Position numbers and translations under genes: made by a program. Below are positions 1 to 11,693 of a stretch of 64,000 bases of DNA, one piece after another. Numbering within the stretch: the stretch's first letter is position 1; each line of letters begins with the position of its first letter. Location: assembly GCA_964106915.2 (NCBI GenBank), contig OZ066919.1. One strand, 5' to 3'. The notes below the pieces were generated by a model. That model saw nothing but the letters and a program-made list of their open reading frames with translations. It had not been told where the DNA came from and did no database searches. This DNA is from Podarcis gaigeae (Eukaryota).

Positions 1-677
1 TCCATTATTATCCTGAATATATATCTCTTCATTGCTCTCATGTAAGAGTTTCTGAAGATGTATTTTGGAACAGTATTTTGACAATGCAGGTAGTCCTTCA
101 CATACTATGATCCTTCTAATCTTCTGGTCAGCTGTTTGAAAATCTAGAAATGTTCCTAATAGCATAATCACAGGCTATTAAAGGGACAGTCCCTCAACGT
201 TACTAGCACAGAAATACATTTCAGTATTGCTAATGTAAGTACTTAGTAATTTCATTCATTTCAGTCATAGCAGATGCAAAAGACTGTCTGTCGTGCTCCT
301 AAGTTAGGTACAATGTGATCTTTCAAAACAGTTGCAGTGGTGAATCCATGTAATAATTTAAACCCATCAAAGAGGAATTAATTGCTTCAAGGATAAGGTG
401 ACCTGAAAACTGGGTAACTTTCTCTGTGTCCTGACTGATCAGATAGATGGCAGTCTCAAGAAGACAAGCATTCAAACAAGCCTCCTATAAGAAATGCTGT
501 GTAGAGTGGCTGTGACAGCAGTGTGGCTGTTGTGCAGATTTTTTCCCCCCATCCAGAGAAAGCAATAAGTAGTAAGACAGTAAATTGTGCAGTGATGGAA
601 AACTGTCTGATTTAATGCAGCTGGTGAGTACAGAATTTCCAAATAGGCAAAGTATTCAAAAAGAAACCACATTCAGA

Positions 678-772
678 AGAAACAACAACAACATATAAAC
701 CTATGGCGTATGGGCCTGACAAGTTCTTTGCAGAATAAGCTTTCATTGGCAAAAGCCCACTTCATCAGATGT
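678..772 (-). mobile_element. Penelope-like element remnant with hammerhead-like core
   Basis: Minus strand CATCTGATGAAGTGGGCTTTTGCCAATGAAAGCTTA; related decayed copies at ~1722-1800 and 6382-6492. Confidence 0.55.
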
Positions 773-1959
773 AAGTTTGGGATCAGCTGTATAAATAAAT
801 TCAACAAGCCCATCTATGCTTAGCTGAAATTAATGCTTATTCTTCTCCTGTGTATCTTGTATTTCATTTCCTTCCCACTCCCCGTGTCAAATTCTAGATT
901 GTAGATCCTTGGGAAAGGAAACTGCCCTCATACTTTGCAACCCAGTACGCATACTGGCTGTGCTACCAACATGTGTTGTTCAGTGACCTTGGCAAAGACC
1001 TGTGGGACCAGGCTTCAAATCTCCACTTGGGCTTGAGATAAAGATAACATAATATAATCTTGCTGTTGTTACTTAAAATACAGCAGTGATTAAGTTTCAC
1101 CATACCAATGTTCCTGCATCAAATTATTTCTGAAAGCACTGGTGTGCACACATGTTCATCTATCATTGTGTGTGCAAATGCACTGCATATGTGCATACAC
1201 ACATAGGTCAGCTGATGGCAGCAGCAAAATGCAAACATCCCTCTCACCAGTGTAAGGAGTTGAGTGGGGAATGCATAACGTTTGAGAGAGGGCAATGCTT
1301 CAGGAAGCAGGTTCATGCCCTGTGGCGCAGCCCTGTGTAGCTAGTGACACAGGACAAGAAAACGAAGGCGGGAGGCCATCCTTAATTATCCACACTGTTG
1401 CCACCAAAAGCCTGACAGGGGCTGTTGGTTGCTAGGAACAAGTATACAGAATACATTGTGTGGGTTGGATTTACAGAACTGCTGAGGCAAGCGATCAAGC
1501 TAGAATTAATTGTGTAATTATCATGATTGTGAGTACAGTTAGGGTAATGATACATGCAAAAGATTATTTTCATTTGCATTTGTCTATACATGCTCATGGT
1601 TTTGCATGCAGTTCCATCCCCAAAGACTCCTTTGCATGGGAAAGGGGGGGTGGAGCAGACTGTTAATCTGGATTAGAAGAACACGAAGGGCTACAGTTTT
1701 ATATCCAAACTCAAAGCTCCAAAGAGGTAGCTGTGTTAGTTTGTTGTAAACAAATCCACAAAGATCCTTGGGGCACCATGAAAATGAACAGAAATATTGT
1801 GATATCCACTTTTTTTAACTTAGTGATTTAAGAAGCACATTTCAGTAACTAATATGAGAGAAAGGGGCAAAGTAGAATATTGTGGAACATCTGAGATATA
1901 TAGGTTGTAAGGAAGCAATGAGTGCATTTTACAGGACATCTGCTTAATATGTTTTAACG

Positions 1960-2365
1960 TAAGAATATATGAAGAGCCCAAAGGATTAGGCTAGCCCTGC
2001 AGCCTGTTCTCACAGTAGCCAACCAGCAGGACTTGAGCACAACACCAATATTACCCTCCTGCGGTTTTCAGCAGCCGGTATTCAGAACCTTATTGCCACC
2101 AAGAGTGGATGCAAACCATAGACATCAGAGTTCATAGCCATGGATAGCCTTATTAATTCCTCTTTCAAAGCCACCACCACCCCATGTTGATGGACATCAC
2201 TGCCTCTTGTGGAAGCATAAGTCCATAGCTTGACTTAGCACTGTGGGAAGAAGTTCTTTCTATTGTATGTCCTGAATATTCTGATGTTCAGCATCTTGAG
2301 ATGCCCATGAATTCTAGTGTTATGATAGATGGAGAAAAGCTTTTCTCTCCCCACTTTTTTCTATA
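1960..2365 (-). mobile_element. CR1-type LINE 3' end, decayed
   Basis: Aligns by eye with 39667-40617 and 17660-17990 (e.g. GATGCCCATGAATTCTAG..GATGGAGAAAA). Confidence 0.65.
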
Positions 2366-2449
2366 CTGCCAGACTAAATGATTCAAGTTCTTACAAACGT
2401 GGAATTGGTATTATGTGGCACCTGTAGTTGTGCCAATTCTGCTGATTGA

Positions 2450-2630
2450 AGGGGTCAAGCGGGCACATGTGGGGTATGACGATCTTGTAGGTAAACTGGT
2501 CCCAAGCTGTTAAGGGCTATAGCGACATCTTGAACTTGGCCTGGGAGCAGATTGGCAACCAGTGCAGATCTCTGAGCACAGATGTTTATACTCTGACAAG
2601 GTCTCACTCCTGTCAGTCGTTGTGAAAACA
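2450..2630 (-). mobile_element. Old L2-type LINE fragment
   Basis: Translates to ALNSLGPVYLQDR, homologous to ALNGLGPVYLKER in the younger copies at 49.4 and 55.9 kb. Confidence 0.6.
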
Positions 2631-3285
2631 GAAGAGCTGAAATTTTACATTCAGCAGTGTACCTATCTGGGTTGTTGTTGTTTTTTAAGCAATGCATTGT
2701 GCACCATGCTATTCACAAAGCTGAGATTCTTAATTTAGTTTCAGTTTCTAACAAATGCACATTTTAGGAATATTCAAGGATTTCTCTATCAGACTCATGC
2801 TAACTTCCACAGTTTGCCCCACGCCTTAGTCCTTAATACAAAATATAGTGTTGTGCCACCAAGTGCCAAAGCAAAGATCTGCACATTTAGTTTGCCGTTG
2901 TTTGTTATTTTAAGTTCTTAAACTGACGGCTGCAGCATTCCTCTCCTCACTCCTCATCCCTTTAGCCTCTCTTTGTCCCAGCACATTCCTTTGCTGCAGT
3001 TTGCAGTAGCATAGGAACTACTTGTAGGAGCCCCAGACTTTGAAATCAGACAACAAAGTGAGGTTGTTGTTGCTTTTTTCCTCATTAGCAGATCTACTGG
3101 CCAGGAGGGCTCCAGGCTGCTCCCTGGATCCTTCTTCACTTCTCGGGGGGGGGGGGGACTAGAGGAACCAAATATTCTTGCTTATGAGTGAAATTGACAA
3201 GAACCTAGTTCCTCATGTAGCTTCTTAAATGGCAAGCTGTGGTGCCTAGAATGAGGAGGTTACTCTCAAGAAAGCATGCTAAATA

Positions 3286-4199
3286 CAGTGGTGCCCCACA
3301 AGACGAAGGCCTCTCAAGACGAAAAACCCGCTAGACGAGGCGCTTCGCAAAACGAATTTCCCTATGGGCTTGCTTCGCAAGAAGAAAGCCCATAGGGAAA
3401 TCTCCGGGGACCTCTTTTAAATGCTAGCGGTGGGGAGCAAAGCCTTTCCCCCCCCCTCCGGCCTTCAAAAGAGGTCCAGGAAGGCCGGCGGGGGCCGAAA
3501 GGCTTTGCTCCCCACCGCTAGCATTTTAAAAGCAGTCCGGGATAGCAGGGAAGCGCTTCCCGCTATCCTGGACGGCTTTTGAAGGCGGGCGGGGGGTGAA
3601 AGTCTTTACTCCCCCCTGCCTGCCTTCCCGGGAGAGCGGAGAAACGCAGCGTGTTTCTCCGCTTTCCCGGACGGCTTTTGAAGGCAGGCGGCGGGGGGGG
3701 GGGAGTAAAGACTTTCGCCCCCCACCGGCCTTCAGAAGAGGTCCTGGACCTCTTCTGAAGGCGGGCGGGGGGCAAAAGTCTTTGCTCCCCCCTGCCTGCC
3801 TTCCGGGAGAGCGGAGAAACGCAGCGCTGCTGCCCGCCAGCATTTTAAAATCGCCCCGGGAAGTCTCCGCTGTCCCGGGGGCTTTTAAAATGCTGGGGGA
3901 CGGCAGCGAAGGGTTCGCTGCCGCCCGCCAGCATTTTAAGACCGCCCCGGGACAGCGGAGAAGTCTCCGCTGTCCCGGGAAGGCAGGCGGGGGGGAGCAA
4001 AGACTTTCTCCCCCCACCGGCCTTCAGAAGAGGTCGGGGGACAGACTGTCCCCGGACCTGGTCTGAAGGCGGTTTCCATAGGAACACATTAATTGATTTT
4101 TAATGCATTCCTATGGGAAACCGTGCTTCGCAAGACGAAAAACTCGCAAGACGAAAAGACTTGCGGAACGAATTAATTTCGTCTTGCGAGGCACCACTG
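3286..4199. mobile_element. Non-autonomous Tc1/mariner-superfamily element (914 bp)
   Basis: TIRs CAGTGGTGCC(C/T)C(A/G)CAAGACGAA, TA on both sides, GC/CpG-rich internal direct and inverted repeats, no transposase. Confidence 0.92.
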
Positions 4200-5534
4200 T
4201 ATAGTAATTTAATTCACAGAAATGGTAAATGCTTGTTTGCATTACTACGTGTTTAAATTTGATTGATTGGTAACTGAATTCTAGAGAGTTCTCCAGTAGT
4301 TCTCATGTGATTGGCTAATGTTGGTCACATGGGAGCTATCTAATGAAGGAGACATTCCGTTTTGTGTGAAGCAAGATGACTGTGTGTCAGAATCCACTGT
4401 GAACACTGCTAAGTTGAATAGAGTGTTGGGATGCTACTTCTCTGCTTGAAAGAAAGGGAGCGAAGCTGCAGGAGAAGATAAAAATGGAAATCTCTCATAG
4501 GAGCTGCAAGGCAGGACCTAACAGAGATACAGAAGGCTGAGTGCTGAGCTCTGGAAAGAGGAAAATACAGTTGCTTGGAAGTTAGAAGTAGGGACTGTAA
4601 GCCCATGCTTGGAGAAACATGTGACTGTAAATATTTTGTTTTAATTCATCTATAAGTTTCTGCAAGTAAAGTCTGGGCATTGGTTTAATTTCCAAAGAAG
4701 GGTGTCAGGCATATATATTTGATTTTTTTGCTTCTTAGCTGCATTTTCACTACCCTTATTTCAACAAAAGCATACTGCCATCTCAAGTGACTAACAGGCA
4801 GAGAGCAATGCCCTCACCACAGACTTAAGGCAAACATATCAAGAATATACTGAGGAGGAAGCAAAGACTTCTTTAATGAGTTCTGCCCGCTCCCAATGGA
4901 AATAAGAGAGGCTACTGAGAGCGGTTGTCAACAGAACAGACAAAAAGACTTGTGCTTTCAACAACAACTTTATCAGCAAAAATCAGCAACAGAAGCTTTT
5001 CACAGCATGGAGATAAACATTACCTGCTAACTGGTGTCAATCCAACCATTGTTAAAAGCACAACTACACAAGCTGTAAAAGCTCAAATGATGGCCACCCT
5101 ACATACTATTCAATGCTGCTACTGGTGCAATCTCCAGATGCTGTTCCTGAGCCAAGTCTTTGGAAATACAGACACTGCAAACATGCCTTTAATCTGCTGC
5201 TGTGGAGCTGTGTGTGTGTATTTGAAAGAGGCTGTAACTAAGAGATGCAAGTGATTTCCCCCCACATAGCTTTTTGGTTCATTTTTATTTAATTTGTTTC
5301 CTTTTCCTTTTCTTGAAATTGCATTAATTAATTTACTAGATTCCCCCCCCCCCCGCAGAGTGCATCAGGAGGCCCAACCATTCATCTGCTGTCTGTAACT
5401 TCCAGGTTTTCTATCCAAATGGCATGAAACTTGCAAGGACTGTACTAGCTTCCAAAGACATCAGGCTCCCCAAATTTCAGATAAGGGCCACTATTTTACA
5501 TTATTTTGAAAGGCGCACCGGCCAAAATAATAAA

Positions 5535-5735
5535 ATAAAATAAAATGTTAATTTCACATATATGCTCATGGGGTCTGAACTGGAGGAACCTTGGGGTCAT
5601 AGTAAATAGCTCGATGAAGATGTCAATCCAGTGTGTGGCAGCTGTGAATAAGTCACATTTCATGTTAGGGATCATTAGGAAAGGAATTGAAAATAAAACT
5701 GCCAGTTTCTTAATGCCATTATACAAATCTATACT
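5535..5735 (+). mobile_element. CR1 LINE ORF2 fragment
   Basis: LGVIVNSSMKMSIQCVAAVNKSHFMLGIIRKGIENKT..MPLYKS, typical CR1 post-RT region. Confidence 0.8.
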
Positions 5736-6121
5736 GTAAATTTCTCTGTGCCTAACTGTGCGGAGGCTGAGATACCAGGGGAGGGGGTAAGTGCTTGAGA
5801 GACCTATGGTAGGGAGCAAATTCAAATATTATCATGTTTTTTCTCTCTGCATCCACTCTGCACACACACTCTCCTTTTGGTAAGCATTGCTCTGCAGCCT
5901 TTAAGATCCCAAAGTGGCATTGGCACACACTCTAATAGATGGACAATCTTGTTCTGTTCTCGTTGAGAAGTTATGACAAGCAAAGAGACACACATACTTT
6001 AACCCTTCAAGTGCTTGCTTGAGCCAGCATCAGCAGAAAAGAGCCTGCTCCATCACAAAGGTGACTCTGTGTTAGAAAGAATAGAGACAGAAAGACTATT
6101 TACTATTAACTTTGTCCAGAG

Positions 6122-6373
6122 CAGGGGGTCAGCAAACTTTTTCAGCAGGGACCCAGTCCACTGTCCCTCAACCCTTGTGGGGGGCTGGACTATATTTTGA
6201 AGGGGGGAAATGAACAAATTCCTATGCCCCACAAATAACCCAGAGATACATTTTAAATAAAAGGACACATTCTACTCATGTAAAAACACGCTGATTCCTG
6301 GACTATCCGTGGGCCGGATTCAGAAGGCGATTGGGCCTGATCTGGCCCGCGGGCCCTAGTTTGCCTACCCATG
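6122..6373. mobile_element. hAT (Charlie-like) MITE
   Basis: Termini CAGGGGGTCAGCAAACT...AGTTTGCCTACCCATG; 8-bp TSD GTCCAGAG/CTCCAGAG. Confidence 0.85.
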
Positions 6374-6381
6374 CTCCAGAG

Positions 6382-6492
6382 GGATAGCTGTGCTAATCTG
6401 GTGCAGCAAAAACAACAAGGAGTCTTGTGGCACCTTGAAGACTCTCGAATGGCGTAAAGCAAAAGCTTTAATGGTCCCCTTGATCAGATGCA
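6382..6492 (-). mobile_element. Penelope-like element remnant
   Basis: GATAGCTGTGCTAATCTG..CAAAAACAACAAGGAGTCTTGTGGCACCTT..TCAGATGCA; similar to 1722-1800 and 678-772. Confidence 0.55.
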
Positions 6493-7284
6493 CAAAGTAT
6501 TATCAAGAGAGAATGAGAGGGGGTAGCAATTAGTGAACTTATTGTGAAGCTCTGCATGTAGAGTTATAAAATAAATGTAGAATGTTGCAGTCCTATGCAT
6601 ATCACTTGGAATTAAATCCCTGAAACTTCTGAATAAACATACATAGGAACTGGCTGTAGTCTTTCCTGATCATTCTCAAATCTTTGCAGTTCCTCCTTCT
6701 AAACTGCATGCGGATCGTAAAGAGGCTACTTGCAGAAGACGAATAAAAGAATGTGAGATTGGTACTACCTCAGATATTACTTCTTTGTTGTATACAGTCT
6801 CCTTTATTAATTCAAACGGTCATTTAATCTGCATCTTCTGTATGCATTTGCACTTGCTCCTGTCAGCCATATTAATCATTTTAATACCTCAATTATACAT
6901 TTATTAATCTAGCCTATGTCTTTTCATTTCATTGTAGTAATAAGATCTTGTATGTTAATCATATTGGGGGGGGGAGGGGTTGTGACCGGACACTAGAGAA
7001 AGACAGATTACTATTTTGCTAAGCAGCCAGAAGTGTTGTCATATTAATCAATATTATCTCAGTAATTTAATACTACTTTTGCTCTGCATCTTCCCAATCT
7101 AATTATTACTAGCCAACAGTGTGCTGCTAAACAATGGAAATGTATCTTTGTGAGTTATCATCAGCATTTATATTGAGGCATTTTAACTTGCAAAACCAAG
7201 CTCCTGTTAATAATGTGCTATTTGCAGCACAATCCTATGCAACTATGCTCACAACTATTGAGTTCAGTAGGTTCTATAGCCAAG

Positions 7285-8269
7285 TACCCCTTCATGGATC
7301 ACTGCCTTGCTGTGGCGAAGGGGCTTGAATAACTCAGAGAAGCTATGAGCTATGTCCTGCAGGGCCACCCAAGATGGACAGGTCATAGTGGAGAGTTTTG
7401 ACCAAACGTGATCCACCTGGAGCAGGAACCAGCAAGCCACTCCAGTATCCCTGCCAAGAAAACTCCATGGACAAAGGCAACAGTCATATAAAAGTTATGA
7501 CGCTGGAAGATGAGCCCCTCAGGTCGGAAGGCGTCCAACATGCTACTGAGGAAGAGTGGAGGACAAGTATAAGTAGATCCAGAGCTGATGAAGCAGCTGG
7601 GCCAAAGCCGAAAGGACGCTCAGTTGCGGATATGTCTGGAAGCGAAAGGAAAGTCCAATGCTGTAAAGAAAAATATTGCATAGGAACCTGGAATGTAAGA
7701 ACCGTGAACCTTGGTAAGTTGGATGTGGTCAAAAATGAGATGGGAAGAATAAATATTGACATCCTGGGCATCAGTGAACTAAAATGGACGGGAATGGGCA
7801 AATTCAGTTCGGGTGACCATCATATCTACTACTGTGGGCAAGAATCCCGTAAAAGAAATGGAGTGGCCCTCATAGTCAACAAAAGAGTGGCGAAAGCTGT
7901 ACTGGGATGCAATCTCAAAAATTATAGAATGATCTCGATACAAATCCAAGGCAGACCTTTTAACATCACAGTAATCCAAGTTTATGCACCAACCACTGAT
8001 GCTGAAGAAACTGAAACTGACCAATTCTATGAAGACTTACAACACCTTATAGAAATGACACCAAAGAAGGATGTTCTTCTCATTATAGGGGATTGGAATG
8101 CTAAAGTAGGGAGTCAAGAGATAAAAGGAACAACTGGCAAGTTTGGCCTTGGAGTTCAAAACGAAGCAGGGCAAAGGCTAATAGAGTTCTGCCAAGAGAA
8201 GAAGCTGGTCATCACAAACACTCTTTTCCAACAACACAAGAGACGACTCTACACATGGACATCACCAGA
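7285..8269 (+). mobile_element. BovB (RTE) LINE 5' end: 5'UTR + APE endonuclease ORF, 3' part missing
   Basis: Open frame 7398-8285 with GTWNVRT, DILGISELKW, VIQVYAPT, IIGDWNAKVG, LYTWTSPD; no RT domain follows. Confidence 0.93.
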
Positions 8270-8272
8270 CAA

Positions 8273-8361
8273 CCTTACAACCTAATATCTCAGATGTTCC
8301 ACAATATTCTATTTTGCCCCTTTCTCTCATATTAGTTACTGAAATGTGCTTCTTAAATCAC
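8273..8361 (-). repeat. Inverted duplicate of 1823-1912
   Basis: Reverse complement of 1823-1912 with one substitution and one 1-nt deletion. Confidence 0.95.
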
Positions 8362-8462
8362 CACATGACCTGGAAGCTGTAAACCCCAGTAAAGCGAGAT
8401 GAGTGCCGCAACCCCAGAGTCGGTCACGACTGGACCTAATGGTCAGGGTCCCTTTACCTTTA
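8361..8462 (+). mobile_element. Sauria SINE 3' end
   Basis: Matches 63772-63893; ends in (ACCTTT)n tail. Confidence 0.88.
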
Positions 8463-9579
8463 ATGCTAACCATGAAATTCAGTTTGATACAATGATCCAA
8501 CAGTCATCCATCTAAATCACATTGTAAGATCAAGGCACAACAAAACTTGGGTTCTATCCTATAGTGGTTGTTGTACTACTTGCAGAAGATTCCAGGTTCA
8601 CTCTCCAGCGTCTCAAACTAAAAGGATGTTAGCATCAGGGTTGGGAAAGATTTCTGCTTGGAATGCCACAATTAGTTACAGTGGCAGAAGCTGTGCAAGG
8701 CAGCTTTATAACTTGGATTTCAGCTCATTTCCCCCCTCTTCTCATTTGCCAGACCTTTGATTTATTATACATGTTCACACTTTCAGTTCTCATTTTATTC
8801 CACAGCTTATAACTGCCTTTTCTTTCTTTTGCGTTGCGATGCAAAAGCACAAAGGACAAAATTGGCTGGACTTCAAATAATACTTGCAAACATGCAACCA
8901 GTTTTGTACGCAGGGAATTCAAAAGTGAAGAAAAGCTCTAATAGTTGGTTCTCTTTTGCAGCTGAAGAAGGCGGTACTGAAGAAGCAGTAATTAGGAAAA
9001 GCAAAATAAGTATTTTTACACTGTGCCACTGGTTGAACTGCCTTTGCTTCTTTGCGACCATGTACCACTACCACATACTCTTTAACACCTTTCCCCCCTC
9101 CAACTCCTAGTTTATTAATCAGACACACAAAACGATCATTACTTAACATATTTGTTTTTCTCCCTGCAAGTGGTGTATGCCTAGAGAGATGTCTAGGAAG
9201 ATAACCCAAGTTCAAATATCTAAGCTCTATTGCCCATAGATGAGACTTCAATCTGTGCTGGTACCTCACCATCTGCACTGTATATGGGGCTATTAGCCAC
9301 CAGAACAATGTTTGCACTGAATATATAGCAAGCAGGGGTGGACTTTGGTACTGTGCCACTCAGACTAGACCCAAATTTGACATACATGCCCCCATGTTGT
9401 GGGGGGGGCCTTCGGGGAAGGAGGCGTGAGGGCTCTGGAAGGGTCCTAGAGTTCTCCCAGCTACTTCCCAAACCTGGGCAAGTGCTAACTAGGCTTTGGA
9501 AAAGAGAACTTTAGGACTCTGCCATAGCTGGGAAGCTGCCCTAAGACTGCCTCTGGAACAAATATACACAATGTAAATA

Positions 9580-9821
9580 CAGTGGTACCTCTGGTTATGT
9601 ACGCTTCAGGTTACATATGCTTCAGGTTACAGACTCCGCTAACCCAGAAATAGTACCTCGGGTTAAGAACTTTGCTTCAGGTTGAGAACAGAAATCGTGC
9701 TCCAGCGGCGTGGCAGCAGCAGGAGGCCCCATTCGCTAAAGTGGTGCTTCAGGTTAAGAACAGTTTCAGGTTAAGAACGGACCTCCGGAACGAATTAAGT
9801 ACTTAACCCGAGGTACCACTG
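9580..9821 (+). mobile_element. Tc1/mariner-type MITE (242 bp)
   Basis: TIRs CAGTGGTACCTC..., TA TSD; same family at 10500 and 43004. Confidence 0.92.
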
Positions 9822-10499
9822 TATACAGTGTTTGTGAGAAGATGGGATGAAAGGAAAAAATATTCTGCTTTTTCTCAGGGCTGCTTCACAAAGTTTATTG
9901 TTTGGTAGGAAAGAGACTGACCTTAGAACACTGGGATTTGGCAAGTTGACACACCAGTGTGTCATTTGCTTTACAGCTCAGGCTTGTATACACATTACCT
10001 CTGGCTCCAGTATGCTCCCCCTGCTGATGCTTGAAGCTGAGTACACACGACATGAGCCACAATCCACAGGTATCCCTGCAGCTTCTTGAGAAGTACTCCT
10101 GTTTTGATGCTGTTTCCCTAAAAACTGATTTGAAAAGAGGAGCCAAGGTTAAGCTGGGGTGTGTACATTTCAGGCAGCCGTTCGTACATGCACAGATGAC
10201 CGAACAGGAATTGGAGCTCAGTGCAGGGAAACAAATAAGGTAATAGGTGGAGACCTATTGGAGACATCCCTGCCCCCTCTCTGGTCTGTACAGCAATGTA
10301 AGAATGTGGCTTGAAACACAGCTGGTGGAAGGCGGGGAGAAACAACCTTGGTGGGTTTCAAGCCACTAATGTGTGCACAACCTCAGTCTGCCTATATGAA
10401 CATGGTAGTGAAGCATTGTACTACTTCACTGTAAACAAAACTCATCCAAATCAATTTGCATGTCCATTATGCCAATCTGGTTTAATTGTTTTCCTTCTA

Positions 10500-10692
10500 C
10501 AGTGGTACCTCGAGTTACAGACACTTCGGGTTAAGAACTTTGCTTCAGGATGAGAACAGAAATTGCACCACCGCCGCGGTGCAGTGGCAGTAGGAGGCCC
10601 CATTAGCTAAAGTGGTACCTCAGGTTAAGAACAGTTTCAGGTTAAGAACAGACCTCCAGAACGAATTAAGTTCTTAAACTGAGGTACCACTG
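10500..10692 (+). mobile_element. Tc1/mariner-type MITE, internally deleted (193 bp)
   Basis: Same TIRs and TA TSD as 9580-9821, lacking ~50 bp near the left end. Confidence 0.9.
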
Positions 10693-11646
10693 TATTTTCC
10701 TCACAGCTGAATATTTATGGCGTTTATACTTTGTTCTTTACCCAAAAAGTGGCTTCCATACTAAAAATCCGCACTAAGACTCAGGTTCGCAATCGAAAAA
10801 GTCACAGCGGGTGAGGGAAAGGGACTAAGAGGGAGGAGAGAAAAGCGAGCTCAAACACAAGTTTTTCAAGTTACAGTTCTTAGTATAACATAGTTACTGG
10901 TATGTGCAGATTTCGGCTGTCTAGAAAAGCAGTAACTCCCCACTGATGTCAGAAATATTATAGAACTATTTACATAATTAAAATGGAATTGTGGGTATCT
11001 CCCCCCCCCCCGGTTTTACAGTTTGGGAGCAAAAGCTGTTAGATAATAGCTTATTCTATCCTATCATTAAAATTTGAATCTGGAATACCAGTTGTCTTGC
11101 ACTGGAATGAAATGAGGAGTGTGCTGTCGGACTTGGGGGTGGGAGGAGGTAACAGGTCAGGTCCAGTTTAGTAAGCAATATACAAAGCAAGTTGAGAGAA
11201 ATTGTCAGGTGCAATCTGAAAACATAATCACACTAACTAGTAGGTTGAAAGAAGCTATTTCACTTACCAAGTATATATCCTTTTCGAGCGCATAATAAGG
11301 AAAGCAACAGCCATCGCTTCTGTTTTACAGTTAGGGAATGGAAAAGGCAAGGAAAGTGACGGAAAGCAACTTTCCTAAAGTCTGTTGGTTATTCAACTTG
11401 GTGTTAGCATGTTTCCAAAGTCACTGGAGGTACACATTTTGCATATGAATTAGTATGTGTTCGGCATAAACTTGCATATATAGAGTGATTGTGTCTGCCT
11501 GTAAATTTCATAGAACTTTATTTTCTCAATGTTTGTTTCCGATGCAGTTTAGATCCCCAAGGCTGCAGTCCCTTTCAGACTTACCTGGGAGTAAATCTCA
11601 ATGAACTCAATGGTGCTGACTTCTAAGTATTTACTTAAGAGTGTGT

Positions 11647-11648
<2 letters not shown>

Positions 11649-11691
<43 letters not shown>
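11649..11691. repeat. (AG)n microsatellite
   Basis: Direct reading. Confidence 0.98.

Positions 11692-11693
<2 letters not shown>

Noticed and set aside
3526-4087. ORFs inside the 914-bp element
   Set aside because: Repetitive GC-rich MITE interior; no transposase motifs.
4210-4800. Possible solo LTR (ATTGG boxes, AGTAAA)
   Set aside because: Could not define TG..CA termini or a TSD.
11577-11590. ACTTACCTGG resembling the U1 snRNA 5' end
   Set aside because: Match is ~10 nt and lies within a common short palindromic repeat also seen near 6585, 7225, 25375 and 33765.
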